Counted from the stretch's first letter, positions 50,404 through 63,554 are shown. The stretch: DNA of 64,000 nt from Eledone cirrhosa (GCA_964016885.1 OZ024744.1:20088001-20152000); one strand, 5' to 3'. The notes: generated from the letters alone by a model not told the origin. Numbers and translations: made by a program.

Positions 50404-51186
50404 TATTGTTGTAATAATATTGCCAGAATTAATAACAGAACACACTCACTGTTTGGCTGGTTTTAACTTCTGTATCTTTTATATCAGTTAATTTATTCGG
50501 TCCTCAATGTTTACCATTGACTGACCAACGGTCAAAAATACAGATATAATATAGACACAAACACATATATATAGTTTAACAGTTCTTTCGTTGCACATCA
50601 GCAACATCGTCAGATAGACAAATCAGAGAGGCCAGTGAAATAGAACTTAGAAGCCCAAAGCGAAACAGAAAAAAATGAATGGAACAACAACACCCAAACA
50701 AACAATACTGACCTAAGAGAAATATGAATAAATAAATAAATATATACACAAGCACAATAACAACAAACACATATAAACACACACTAGTAAACTAAAATAG
50801 AATACGATAACCAGAACACAGTCACCCAAACACGAACGCACATCAAACACTATACACACGCGGAAACGCATGCCCAGAGAAGAAGACAAAAATAAATAAA
50901 TAAATAAATAAAAACACTAAATAAAGATGGCATAGACATACAATACAACAGGAAGAAACATAATAACACCACTGACGATGTTGCAGATGTGCAACGAAAG
51001 AATTGTGTTAGACTATATATATATGTGTTTGTGTCTATATTATATCTGTATTTTTGACCGTTCGTCAGTCAATGGTAAACATTGAGGACCGAATAAATTA
51101 ACTGATATACAAGATACAGAAGTGAAAACCAGCCAAACAGTGAGTGTGTTCTGTTATTAATTCTGGCAATATTACTACAACAATAT
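50404..51186 (+). mobile_element. Penelope-like 3' fragment with inverted pLTR (50404-50613 / 50972-51186) and a degenerate hammerhead core
   Basis: 50615-50670 reads RQIREASEIELRSPKRNR (GIY-YIG C-terminal-like). CTGACGA-tgttgcagatgtgcaac-GAAA at 50972-50999. Confidence 0.75.
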
Positions 51187-51451
51187 GGCCCTCCCCAAGT
51201 ATAACAATATATATATATATATATATGTCGATATATGTGTATGTTTGTGTGTGTGTATTTTTTTTAATGCATATATATATACACACACGCACTCTCACAC
51301 ACACACATACACACACACACACATACAACCCCCCCCATATATATATATATATATATATATATTAATTCAATGGAAAATATCCATTGTAGAGTGCTTCCAA
51401 TCTACTGTAAAACTCATTCTTTGATGAACTCATTGAATCTTGTTTAACTCG

Positions 51452-51498
<47 letters not shown>

Positions 51499-51539
51499 GT
51501 TCTAAATGACAATGGAGAGAAATTGCCCTGCGCATCAGT

Positions 51540-51866
51540 TGTGAAAAAACCAAGACCATGTCGACAGGTGACCCTCCAAATCCTCCCATCATGGTTGGTC
51601 AGCGTAACATTGAATGTGTAAACCACTTCCAATACCTTGGCAGCAACATCTCTGACGATGGGGATGCTGAGGTGGATGTGCGCACAAGGCTGGGAAAAGC
51701 AGCGGCGGTCTTCCAGCGACTCCGTCCGGGATGGCCCAGGTGTTCCGTCGTCAACGCCGTCAAATTCCCTGTTTACATGTCCATTGTAGTACCAAGAGCG
51801 ATATATGCCCGTGAGACATGGAAGAGTATGGAAAGTGTATGTAACAAGCTTGATGTATTCAGCTAA
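51540..51866 (+). mobile_element. RTE-like RT/thumb fragment
   Basis: IECVNHFQYLGSNISDDGDAEVDVRTRLGKAAAVFQRLR. Confidence 0.8.
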
Positions 51867-52036
51867 TTAGAACACTGGATTAACCACTTTACTTCCCTCC
51901 GAAGAAGATATATTATCTCGAAAATTAAGGATTTTTAAATAAATTTAAGGTAAAACACTAATTGTCACAATATCTTTTGCATTTGCATTAATATTCTATA
52001 TCCATACCTGCATTGTCTTGGCCTTATAACTCCAAA

Positions 52037-52077
<41 letters not shown>

Positions 52078-52162
52078 AATAGGTAAACAGAAATAACAAC
52101 ACAATCAGTACAGTATATGGAAGGGATATATTTGGTTAACGCTTGATATAGCAGGAAGAGGG

Positions 52163-52198
52163 TCTTAACGTTTCAGACGCTAATCCTTCATCAGAAGA
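52163..52198 (-). ncRNA. Minimal hammerhead motif in a probable Penelope pLTR remnant
   Basis: tctt-CTGATGA-aggattagcgtct-GAAA-cg-TT-aaga. Confidence 0.65.
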
Positions 52199-52554
52199 AA
52201 GAATGAGATATAAAATAGGTTGAAGGGACAGGTGGGTTGGAATTGGAAAAACATGTCTTTAGATAAAAATAACAGGTCCATTCATGTTGACATCTCTTGC
52301 AAACTGTTGGTGCTGGCGTTTTGTGTATGATTTATTTTTTAGAAAAGTGGATGAGGGAGCGTCTCTACCTAAAATGGAAAAAAAAAACGTTTTGTAAAAA
52401 GAGCTCTACTTGAGCATGTGCGTAAGCATGAGTGTGTGTCTGTGTTATATATATATATACTAACATATATACATATATCCATACACACACACACACACAC
52501 ACATACATTATATATGTATATATGTGCGTATGTGTGAGTGTATGTGTGTAAACG

Positions 52555-52670
52555 TGAAGGCGCATGGATTAGTGGTTACGGCGTTGGGCTTGCAATCACG
52601 GTGTTGTGAGTTCAATTCCAGAACCGAGTGAGACACATTATTTCACGTTGGTCCAGTTTACTCAATCTAT
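52555..52670 (+). mobile_element. tRNA-derived SINE head
   Basis: tggattagtggtta A-box-like; gagttcaattcc B-box. Confidence 0.6.
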
Positions 52671-52817
52671 ATCTACCATTGCCTTTCCGTTGGTAATCCC
52701 ACACTAATATGGAAAATATATATACAAAATGTATTCTAATTTTTCTATTTTCTACGTACACGATCGTGCCTCGTCAGCGGAATAACAAAAAGAAATGCAA
52801 CTGTTGTATATACTGTG

Positions 52818-52955
52818 TAGGTGCATGGTATAGTGGTTAGAGCGTTGAGCTGACAATGGTGAGGTTGTGAGGACGAATCCCGGACTCAGTTCTAGAAATC
52901 AGTTGCGACGTCATTAGTGCCAAGCTGTATCGGTTATTGTCTTTAACTTGGACAA
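52818..52955 (+). mobile_element. tRNA-derived SINE head
   Basis: tggtatagtggttagagc A-box; ggacgaatccc degenerate B-box. Confidence 0.55.
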
Positions 52956-52982
52956 TATAACATATAGTGCATATATAGTGTA

Positions 52983-53690
52983 CTAGCAGTGTATCCCGGC
53001 ATTTCACGGGTAAGAACATTGGTAATAGCACCTCCAATGAGAAACGTTTATTTGTGAGTGCCTGTTAAAACTCACAAAAATATACCGACAGGAAACTTGT
53101 TTTATTTGGAGAAAATTAAGAAGCTGAAAGTACAGTTTAGCTGTCTACGTGCATTGTTCATAGAAATATTGTTGACCCCCTTCTTTTCATACTCCTCTGT
53201 TTTGGCCTTTTGGAGGAAATGTGAAAGAGAAAGTCACAGGTTAAGTTGGCAGAAGGTTCCAGTGTCATAGCAGTAAGTTGTAGGCTACTTACCTCAAAAG
53301 TTCATTCGCACTCTTTCCACTAAGTTACTCTTTCTCTCTATCTCTCTCGGTGCAGTCCCTTGCGAATTTCTCGCGTAGGCCTGGTGTAGATTTGCACCCG
53401 ATCCATCTACCCGATGCACATGTCCGCTTTGTTCGGTTCTTGGAGGAAGGAGTGACCAGCAGTACGTTGTTCGGTATTATTATGAAAAGGTGTAGCAGAA
53501 AATTCCGCGTGAACTAACAGCTCGGGAGGAAACTGCTTACCTCGAAGATTGATTTGCTATCGTTCTTGTCAACGCTCCGTTTAGTTGGTATTTGTTGGTC
53601 TACAGTTAGATGAATGGCGCACAAAGTGTTAATGTTTATTGGCAAGAATTGGAACTGGGTTGGCTTGCCTCGCTTATATTATATAATAAA
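52983..53690 (-). mobile_element. Non-autonomous Helitron
   Basis: Minus strand ends cccgtgaaatgccggg-atacactg-CTAG|T (GC hairpin + CTAG). The 5' end is uncertain. Confidence 0.6.
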
Positions 53691-53691
53691 A

Positions 53692-55920
53692 CTAGCATAG
53701 GCACCCGGCGTTGCCCGGGAATGAAATTGTTCCTTACATATTAGAAGAAAAGAGCAAAATATGTTGTATAGAAATGAGTTATTCTAAATTCAATTTATTC
53801 TTCAATTGGGACACACGATGAAATCAATTCTGAGTTCATAAAAAAAAAATCGTTGTGAGCAAAATAAATTTCCAATTTCATGGAGGAGAAGAGGGGGGGG
53901 GGGGGGCTAAGAAAGGGTCGTGTGTGTGTTCACCTTTAACCAAAGGAAGCAAATGTTGTTAGGAAAAATAACTAAAGATAAACCGGGCTTGTTAAGAAGA
54001 ACGATAAGGTAACTGTCTGTCCACTGTAGCACTTATAACACTGTTTTAGCGGATGCTGGACGATTTGAATTTACCATTGCGGTAGCCGACAAACAATTTC
54101 AAGTAGGACCCCTTAAATAGGGTTGTCTGTGCGTTCACTGACAGCCCTAAAAATGAGAGGTCACCATCAACAATTTCGGCTCTAAAAAGGGCTGTTTGCT
54201 CGTTCACTTGCAGTCCTTGAGAGGACTTTGACTGCGTTCTTCAACGGCCGCAAAAAGGACTTCAGTTGCGTTCATTGGCAGCCACTAGAATAATTCTGTA
54301 TGCGTTCACGATTTGTTCAGTCGCCTTAAATTGCCGCGCCGATTGTCAAGCTGGGTTCCTCTCTGAAGGCGATCACCTTAATCCGAGGGAAACATACGTT
54401 TTAGTTAAGAGACTGTTTAAAAGCTCATCAAGCTGGCTAAAGAAATGGTGATTACGGACCTATCTCCTCGCTGTTGCATTTACAACACCTCGTTGTAAAC
54501 GGTGTTTCTTGTTTTTCCTCGGCGTGCAAATGCGAAAAGACTTTCCCTGTTACCCGCTCTAGAGCACCCAACGTACAATTGTCCGTGGGAGAAACACGGT
54601 TCTTCCAGAAGAAGTCCGGCCACAGAAAGGGTCAGGCCCTGGGACTTGATGGACATAGCAAAACTGACCCGAAGCGGAAATTGGAATCTTCGGAGGGTGA
54701 ACGGAATTTCTGCTCCCGAGAGAATGAGAGGAATTCTCGGAATGAAGACATCATCACCTTTTCCGCATCCAGAAAGGATTGTTACCTCGATTACATGTGC
54801 CATCAATTTTTTACAGCCAGCCGTGTCCCGTTGCACAGTTTTGGTGGTTCCAAATTCCGCAGCAGCATTACAGGAGTGCCAACTTTAAGGAGAAGCATGT
54901 GAAGCGATAGTCCTGGGGGCACCAAAGAATTGAGCAACTCCGGCGGAAAGTTCACCACTTCATTGGGATCTGGCATCGTGTCAACATATTTGTAAGTGTG
55001 AAGAACACCAGGAAGGGAGAGCAGTAGTTGGTGGTTGGTTTTGTTAACAGCGACGTTTTTTGGAGCTAGCACTGCTCTTTCACACAACCATGCGTGGTTC
55101 TGGTAATTATTTCTCAAATCTGGCAGCAATTCCAGAAGAGGCAACAGCAACCGCAATGTCGTTGTACATCCTGACTTTTGCAAGGAGGAGTCTCGTTAAA
55201 AATGTTTTGCTCGTCCCTGCAGGAGCATCCAGAAAGAACATATCTCCTTTTCTGTGGCGCACATGGTCGGCAACAATGTAAGCACGACGTTGGTCCGGAA
55301 GAAGTTGAGGTTCAGTTTCAAGGACGTACTTGGTAAGAGCATCGACGTCGTAGGACGTTTCTCGGAGAAGAGCTGTAGGAAGTACGTTTGACCCTGTACG
55401 GATTGTTTGGGGCAGACTTTATGAGGGCAAACGCCACACGCACGTACACACACACACTCACGCACGCAAACGCACAAACGCACGCAAACTCACGCACGCT
55501 TGTGTGCACGTACACACACATGTTAATAGATTTAACTCAAAGGCTGTGACGAATGGGGAGATGGAGGAGGAAGAGTAGAGAGCCACTTCGTCACTTCGCC
55601 TCTCCGTTTCTTTCTCTCCTCTCTCACTCCATCATTATGTACAGTCATTGGCCACTTCACTAATTCGATCCCTAGGACTAAATAATTTGAAAATTTGTTT
55701 TGCTCAAAACACTCATAGGGCCATACGCATTACATGTGTAAAGTTTGAAAAAAACGGTTGGGTAGTTCTCGAGTTTTAGGGAAACAGATACACATGCATT
55801 ATTAGGTTAACTTTGCCTTTCATCCTTACGGGGTCGATAACATAAAGTAGCAGTAATGCACTGGTGAATTGCTGGCCTTGTGCCAAAAGTAGAAACACTT
55901 ATTTGTTTTATATATATAGA
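53692..55920 (-). mobile_element. Helitron with both termini and a PIF1-helicase remnant (54480-55290)
   Basis: 5' A|TCTATATATATAAA at 55920; 3' cccgggcaacgccggg-tgcctatg-CTAG|T at 53692. Motifs RAVLAPKN, VMLLRNL..LCNGTRL, RFQFPLR, KSQG, FSHGQLYVGCSR. Confidence 0.9.
55805..55898 (+). mobile_element. SINE 3' part inside the Helitron
   Basis: ggttaactttgcctttcatccttacggggtcgataa...gccttgtgccaaaagtagaaa. Confidence 0.85.
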
Positions 55921-56351
55921 TAACAGATTAAAGTTTAAGCAAAGAATCGTTGCTTTCACCCTCAACGGGATCTTCTGAAACTAAAAACATCAATCTGTGA
56001 ACGCAGAAGTAAATATTTCGAAAAACGTTTCAACCGAAGGAAAACGGGAAGACGATGAAGACGTTCGCTGGCAATGAACGGATAATAGCGAACATAATAC
56101 GTCATCAATGTTTGTCAGAATGTCGTAATGCAGACAGCCAGGTATACCGACAGATATTATAAGGGCGTGACGTAGATGGATAACCGGCGCCTAACACCCT
56201 TTTAACAACAGACAATTGAAAAATAAAAGCTGCAGTTGATATCTTTAGACTGCAAGGAATATATAAATGCAAGTTTGAAGTCAATCGGAGTAGAAATGTG
56301 GATTTGTATAGACTTTGCAAAAATGAGGACACACACACACAGACAACAACA

Positions 56352-56432
<81 letters not shown>

Positions 56433-56571
56433 TGTATATATATAGTGTATATATATTGTATAGAGTGCAGAAATGGAGTATATATGATTTATATATATAT
56501 ATAAACATAGCGATTCTCTTTTGAGGCATTCTAACCACATGTCTGTAGCATCGGAGTTGTGATCTCTCAAT

Positions 56572-56656
<85 letters not shown>

Positions 56657-57045
56657 GGTAATCAAAAACAACAAAACTAACGAAACAGATAGCACAATAC
56701 ATGGTAGGAATATATTTGTTTAACTGGTATGCATCGACTACTTCTGCTGTTCCCAAAATATACCTTGCCCAGGGTTGTACCACGGAAGGGAACTTTCTAG
56801 GTGTAAAATCATGATCATTTGTACCCGAAGACGATCTACGGTACAATGGTAAAACTGTCGACATTTCAATTACAAGATTATACTAAATTACTTGTGAAAT
56901 GGTTAAACATACAGAAAAAGAAAGCAATATTGGAAAGGACTATAAATGGCATAAATAAGAGGAAAAGGAAGGCAAGAGTAAGGACTACTAGACAAAAGAA
57001 AAAATAAAGTGGGAAGGGAAGAGAGTGACAGACGTTATACCTAAT

Positions 57046-57447
57046 TCAGAGCGTGTTTTCGTTTGCGCGCGTGGGTAAAATGGCAAAAGCATTTCCGCGG
57101 AAAATGGCCAACGATACACGCCGTAAAAGCCATCTCACCTCGCGTGGCTCCTTCCTCAGACGGGCTGCTATCGATCCGATTTTACGGAGGATGTCAGCTG
57201 TCCAGGGATCGAGAATGCCTGAGGACTCGACGGTGACCGGTGCAAAGAGGAAGCGACCAGACTGGTTCCGGTATTTGCTTGTCTTCCTGCCCTCTGCATT
57301 GCGAGCAGCGTTACCAGGGTTTGTGACCGAGGCAACTAAGCTAGAGGTGGAGAACATGTCACAGTTTGTCGCATCCCAAATGAGAGATTTATGTCCTTAG
57401 CATGGGAAGAGGGTAATTCGGTCGAGACGCTTGCCATCACCATGGTC
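57046..57447 (-). mobile_element. CRE-clade-like non-LTR retrotransposon RLE fragment
   Basis: DGKRLDRITLFPC*GHKSLIWDAT..AARNAEGRKTSKY..FAPVTVESSG..RVSLAIFRGNA. Confidence 0.75.
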
Positions 57448-57639
57448 AAAATTACTTTACAGAACTACTTGTATCCCCGAAGTTAACACTAGAAAATGGA
57501 ATATATAAATTACCTTCTAGAAATTAATTGTTAAATAATTATGGGAATAAATGCCTTGCAATTATAAGGAAAATGTTTATTTTGTGTAAATAATTAGCTG
57601 AGCGCTCAATAATGATGAAAGAAATCAGATTTTCAGTGG

Positions 57640-57978
57640 AAGGACCTTAGCTGAATAGTTAAAAAGTTCTCTTCGCAATCATAAGGTCCCAGGTTCGATA
57701 CCACTCAATAACATTTTGTACAAGTCTCATTTATTAGAATATTTGGTCGACCTCGATGAAATTGGGTAGACAGAGACTACGTCGAGGCCTGTCAGATAGA
57801 CTGTACCTGTAATTCAAAGACCGGTCATACACTGTGTCATGCTCAATCTTCCTGATAAATACGTTAAGGATACATGCGACTCTGGAATGCTCAGTCACTT
57901 ACACGTTAATTTCACGAGCCTGCTGCTCCAACTATCGAACTACTGGAACAACCATCGTTGAAACCGACGGAGGTCCAT
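57640..57978 (+). mobile_element. tRNA-derived SINE (second family; tail also at ~48770-48910)
   Basis: tagctgaatagttaa A-box; ggttcgatacc B-box; cacttacacgttaatttcacgagc shared with ~48838-48860. Confidence 0.7.
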
Positions 57979-58269
57979 TCAATTATTTTGCATACTGAAA
58001 ATAAATCCATAATATATTTTATACCTTCTTTGGATATAATCGTGCTTGTAGCAATTGCTTAAAAAATATATGGAGGTGTAATATCGTAAGAGAATATCAC
58101 TGTTTATATATGAAAGTATTAAAAGAAAAGACAACTCAATAGAAGAACGTAAACCAGAGATGGAGAACCTGCGACCTTAAAGTTGCATGCGGCCGTCTAT
58201 TCCGTTCTCTGCGGCCTTTCTATTAATGTTTTTGTCTTACTCTTATTATTTTAATTTAAACCGCTCTTG

Positions 58270-58452
58270 GATTGGCAGTATCGGTAGAGCATCAGACACC
58301 ATACTTTGCAGCATAGTGTTATGGCCCTTTACGTTCTGAGTCCAAATCCCGCCGAGGTTAACTTTGTCTCTCATCCTTACGAGGTCGATAACATAAAGCA
58401 CCAGTAATACACTGGGGGTAATTGCTTGCCTTGTGTCAAAAGTAGAAACAAT
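58270..58452 (+). mobile_element. tRNA-derived SINE
   Basis: Five related copies in the window (45247, 49236, 55805, 58270, 63555) plus a fragment near 13800. Confidence 0.85.
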
Positions 58453-58577
58453 TATTTTAATTTAACCCATAAGATGAATGCATTTTAAATACTAAAGGGT
58501 AAAAAAAGTTCAATCAAATAATCCACACCGTCAGACAGTCAGACTTGAAATAATCTAGATTTTAAAAATATATAATT

Positions 58578-59042
58578 ATATATTGGAATGTATTGGTAAT
58601 ACATTGGAATATATTGGAATACATTGGAATAGATTGGAATATATTGGAATATATTGGAATACATTGGAATATATTGGAATATATTGGAATATATTGGAAT
58701 ACATTGGAATATATTGGGATACAATGGAATACATTGGAATATATTGGAATATATTGGAATACATTGGAATATATTGGAATATATTGGAATACAATGGAAT
58801 GCATTGGAATATATTGGAATATATTGGAATACAATGGAATATATTGGTATATATTGGAATATATTGGAATACATTGGAATATATTAGAATGTATTGGAAC
58901 ACAATGGAATACATTGGAATATATTGGAATATATTGCAATACATTGGAATATATTGGAATATATTGGAATACGATGGAATACATTGGAATATATTCGAAT
59001 ATATTGGAATACAATGGAATATATTGGTATATATTGGAATAT
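58578..59042. repeat. 10-bp satellite GGAATATATT/GGAATACATT/GGAATACAAT
   Basis: About 46 tandem units. Confidence 0.97.
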
Positions 59043-62000
59043 GTGTCCCGGTATGACATTAAACTACATCCAGTGGCAAGGCTCCAGTTCGGGAGTTCAG
59101 GAGCTGTGGGGAATGTGGAGTTACCCCTTAGTTGTCATAACTCCCAGGTCTGCTCTGGCCCGGAGTAGTAGTGCCTCTTAGGGCCCCATTTATGGGTTAA
59201 ATAACTACCTTATTCGAGTGGCGCCGGTAAGGTATTGTCAGCCATTGAAAATAAATATGGAGAGTCGATCTAACAGCACTAGGGTTAGAGCCCCTAATTA
59301 CACTGTCAAAGAGCAGTTTCGTCGTTATGTGGCTTAGAGCCACAGAGATTAGATGATGGATCAGTTGGGTCTGAGACAAATATAGAGAATGCAGTTTTGT
59401 CCTGCAGAAGAGGCATCAAAATGGGCACTTTGAATGTGAGGACTATTTGGGCGCTGGAGAAAAGAGAGAGGAGTTGGGACATCTGTTCGAGGAGAGTGGT
59501 ATACCGATACTTGCGATCCAAGAACACAGGATCCTACATGATGAGCCCGTGAGGAGTGTGATGATTGGGAAGAGGAGCCAACTCATCACCACATCGGCAG
59601 TGAAGAACATGACCAATGCTGCAGTGGGAGGAGTGGGTTTTGTTTTCAGCACAAAAACCAGTCTATTGGTGAGGGAAATAATGCCTGTCTCCCCGCGAGT
59701 GTTGAGCGTGGCCTTCAATGGAAACCCAAGACTGACAGTCATCTCAGCCTATAGTCCAACCGAGGGGGACAGTGATGTGAGTGTGGAAGAGTTCCATGAG
59801 GATGTGTGTAGAGCTGTCAACACCACTCAAGCACACAGCATCCTGCTTGTTTTGGGGGACTTCAATGCACATCTGAGTAAGGAGGGCAGTGAAGATCCTT
59901 GCTGGTACTTCCATAACAACACCAACCGAAATGGAAGACAACTGAGAGACACCCTGCTGGAGGCGAACTTGGTAGCGACCAACCTAAGGTTTAGGAAGAA
60001 TCTGGGGAAGATGTGGACCTACATCTCAGATATGCACCTGTCCAAGTCCCAGATTGATTTCATTCTGGTGAGGAAAAAGTGGCGGAATCGTGTTCTGAAC
60101 ACAGAACCATACAACTATTTCAGTACACTGGGTAGTGACCACCGGCTTGTTATGAGTGAGGTCCGGGTGAGCTTAAGAAAGAGCAAGGCTCAGCCCCGGA
60201 GAGCAATCTATGACTGGGGAGCTTTCAAGGAAGATGATAAGCTACAGGAGAGGTTCACAGTGGAAGTGAGGAACAGGTTCAGTGCTCTGTGTGGAGAGAC
60301 AGAGGAGAGAGAGGTTGGATGGACTGAGGAGAGTGTGACGAGGAGGTACGGGCACTTCACCAATGCAGTGGCGGAAGCAAGTGAACCCTGGTGCCGAGGA
60401 AAAAGAACAAAAGGAAGCACGTCAGCTCTGCAAACCCAAAAGTGTGTGCAACCAGAGAACACCTGAAAGCTGCCAAGGACCAATTCTATGCTGATCCTAC
60501 GGAGGAGGGGATAGAGACTGTGAAGGTGATGAGGGAAGAACTCTGTACCGCTTACACTGAGGCAAGAGAGGAGGCACTGATAGAGAAGATCAGAAGTGTG
60601 GAGAGAGCGGTTGACAGATCTGGATGTAAGGAGAGCTGTATGATCATCAACGAGATCATAGAGAGGAAGAGAAGGTGTTCGAGTCAGATCCAGGGAATGG
60701 GGCCCGAAGATAGGAAGAGGAAATGGCTAGACCATTTTAGGACCCTACTAGGAGAACATACCCTCCACAGCCCAGAACACTGGGGAGATCAGGCGGCTGT
60801 TTGAGGAACTGGATATTGAGACATAGCCCTTCACAAGAGAGGGGCTTCAAAGAGCCAAGAAGAGGATAAACGAGGGCAAGGCTCATGGAGAAGATGGAGT
60901 GGCATCAGAGGTGGTGAAGAGGTGTGATTTTGATGATATCATCCTGGGGTTCTGTAACCAGGCACTGGAGAAAAGAGTTGCCCTGAATCAGTGGAGGATC
61001 AGTAACATCGTCCCAGTGCCAAAGAAGGGAGATCTCTCTAACACCAACAACTACAGGGGGATCTCACTGACGTCACTTGTGGCAAAGGCCCTCAACAGGA
61101 TGATTCTTAACAGGATCCAGCCTGAGATGGAGAAGAAGCTCAGGGACAACCAGAACGGCTTCAGAGAGTGAAGATCAACCACCAGTCACATCCTGATGCT
61201 GAGGAGCATATTAGAGGGAGCTAGAGCAAAGTGCCTTCCTGCGGTCATGGTTTTTATTGACTTTAGGAAAGCCTTTGATTCTGTGGACCGTCAATGCCTG
61301 ATGAAGATCTTACAAGCTTATGGAATCCCCAAGAAGTTAGTGGACCTGATATGACTGCTCTACACCAACACCAAAGCCCAAGTCATTACACCTGATGGGA
61401 TGACAGAGTTCTTTGAGATATTGGCTGGAGTGCTCCAGGGAGATACATTGACTCCCTACCTTTTTATCATCGTAGTGGACTATTGTATGCGCCTTGCACT
61501 GGAGAAACACCAGGACTCCGGCTTTACTGTAGCACCGGCTCAGAGCAAGAGAGTTAGGGCAAAAAAGGTATCGGATGCTGAATTTGCCGACGACATAGTT
61601 TTGTTGACAAATACAGTGAAGGAGGCAGAGGATTTGATGCAGGAGGTTGAGACTGTGTCGATTAGTGTGAGGCTGAGAAAGAATGAGACTAAAACAAAAT
61701 ATCTGGTAGAGAATGTTGAGAAGCCAGAGGGGATTACTAATGCAGGCGAGAAGCCCCTGGAATTGGTTGAGGACTTCCTGTATTTGGGAGCAAAGATTGG
61801 GAATACAGAATATGATGTGGTTGAGAGGAGGAGCAAATCCTGGGCGGCGTGCCACAGCTTGAGATGTGGAAGTCGGACCTTCGTAAAGACCTGAAAATCC
61901 GCATCTTCATTGCTGTAGTGGAGTCTGTGCTGCTGTACGGGTCCGAGACGGGTCTGAGACTTGGACACTGACCAAGAAACTCACTCAGATGGCGGATGGG

Positions 62001-62348
62001 TACTACACGAGAATGCTGAGGATGGCTCTGAACATTAATCAGTATACACTGAGGATGAACAAATCAGAGCTGTATGGGAGCCCCCCAAAAGTCAGCTCAA
62101 AAGTGACACAGAGGAGACTGAGGTTAGCTGGACATGCTGACCGACATCCAGAGTTTACATTGAACTCAGTGCTCCTCTGGGAGCCCCTACATGGGCACAC
62201 TGGAAGAGGAAGACCACGGTTAACGTATGTTGATGCCCTAAGGACAGACACTGGTCTGTTAGAGACGCAGGACATGGCAGCGATAATGAGGGACAGAGAC
62301 CGCTGGAGAGAGCTCACCATGGATCTCAGGAATTTTATCCGCCCCTAG
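59043..62348 (+). mobile_element. Single-ORF APE-RT LINE (RTE-like), apparently full length, degenerate
   Basis: MGTLNVRT, AIQEHR, AYSPT, GDFNA, QIDFIL, GSDH; PKKGDL..NYRGISL, DFRKAFD, GVLQGDTL, FADD, RRLRLAGH, GRP. Stop at 62346-62348. Confidence 0.92.
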
Positions 62349-63070
62349 AATATTGGAATATATTGGAATATATTGTAATACATTGGAATATATTGGAATA
62401 CATTGGAATATATTGGAATACAATGGAATACATTGGAATACATTGGAATACATTGGAATACGAATATATTGGAATATATTGGAATACAATGGAATAGATT
62501 GGAATACAATGGAATACATTGGAATATATTGGAATATATTGGAATATATTGGAATACATTGGAATATATTGGAATATATTGGAATATATTGGAATACAGT
62601 GTAATATATTGGAATACAATGGAATATATTGGAATACATTGGAATATATTGGAAAACATTGGAATATATTGGAATACGATGGAATACATTGGAATATATT
62701 GGAAGACATTGGAATATATTGGAATATATTGGAATATATTGGAATATATTGGAATATATTGGAATACAGTGTAATATATTGGAATATATTGGAATATATT
62801 GGAATACATTGAAATATATTGGAATACATTGGAATACATTGGAATACATTGGAATACATTGTAATATATTGGAATACAATGGAATATATTGGAATACATT
62901 GGAATATATTGGAAAACATTGGAATATATTGGAATACGATGGAATACATTGGAATATATTGGAAGACATTGGAATATATTGGAATATATTGGAATATATT
63001 GGAATATATTGGAATATATTGGAATACAATAGAATACATTGGAATATATTGGAATACAATGGAATACATC
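62349..63070. repeat. 10-bp satellite, same units and strand as 58578-59042
   Basis: About 72 units; internal block duplication 62601-62768 / 62861-63028. Confidence 0.97.
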
Positions 63071-63229
63071 GGTATACATATGTAGATTAAAGATTTCATG
63101 TAGAAAATAATATTATCGGCCATTCATGTAAAACAGATAAAACAGAAAGACAAGGAAGAATTTATAAGGGAAGAATTCACTGGCAATAATGACAAAAAAA
63201 TACATATGCTATGAGGAAAAGATTAAGAC

Positions 63230-63480
63230 TTTCTCTCTCTCTCTCCCCTATCTCTCTCTACCTCCCGCCTCTCCCTGTCTCTCACACTCTCTCTCCCCTG
63301 TCTCTCTCTCACCCTTTATCCCTCTCTCTCTCCCTCAATCCCTCCCTCCCCCTCTCTCCCCATATTTCCCTATCTCTCTCTTATACTCCCTCTCCACCGT
63401 CTCTCTCACCCTTTCTCCCTCTCTCTCCCGCTCTCTCCCCCTCTCTCCCCTTCTCTCTCTCCTATTTCTCTCTCCCCTCT
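63230..63480. repeat. CT-rich low-complexity tract
   Basis: Direct reading. Confidence 0.9.
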
Positions 63481-63554
63481 TTATCTCAATACCACACGTA
63501 CAAAGATAACCCATATTTTAAATCTATGCAGCACACTCAAATTACAATAATTGG

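Noticed and set aside
52555-52955. tRNA genes (also 57640-57710)
   Set aside because: A/B boxes are present, but no complete cloverleaf could be drawn and the sequence continues into SINE bodies.
54480-55290. Host PIF1 helicase gene
   Set aside because: Frameshifted, intronless and enclosed by Helitron termini.
56500-56870. Further hammerhead-like strings (ccgatgc...caaaa on -; ccgaaga...aaaactgtcgaca on +)
   Set aside because: Multiple core mismatches and no convincing stems.
58578-59042. Possible CRISPR array or telomeric repeat
   Set aside because: No unique spacers, eukaryotic context, and the unit is not TTAGGG-like.
58539-63123. WNILEYIGI / YSNIFQYIP repeat ORFs
   Set aside because: Translations of the 10-bp satellite in multiple frames on both strands.
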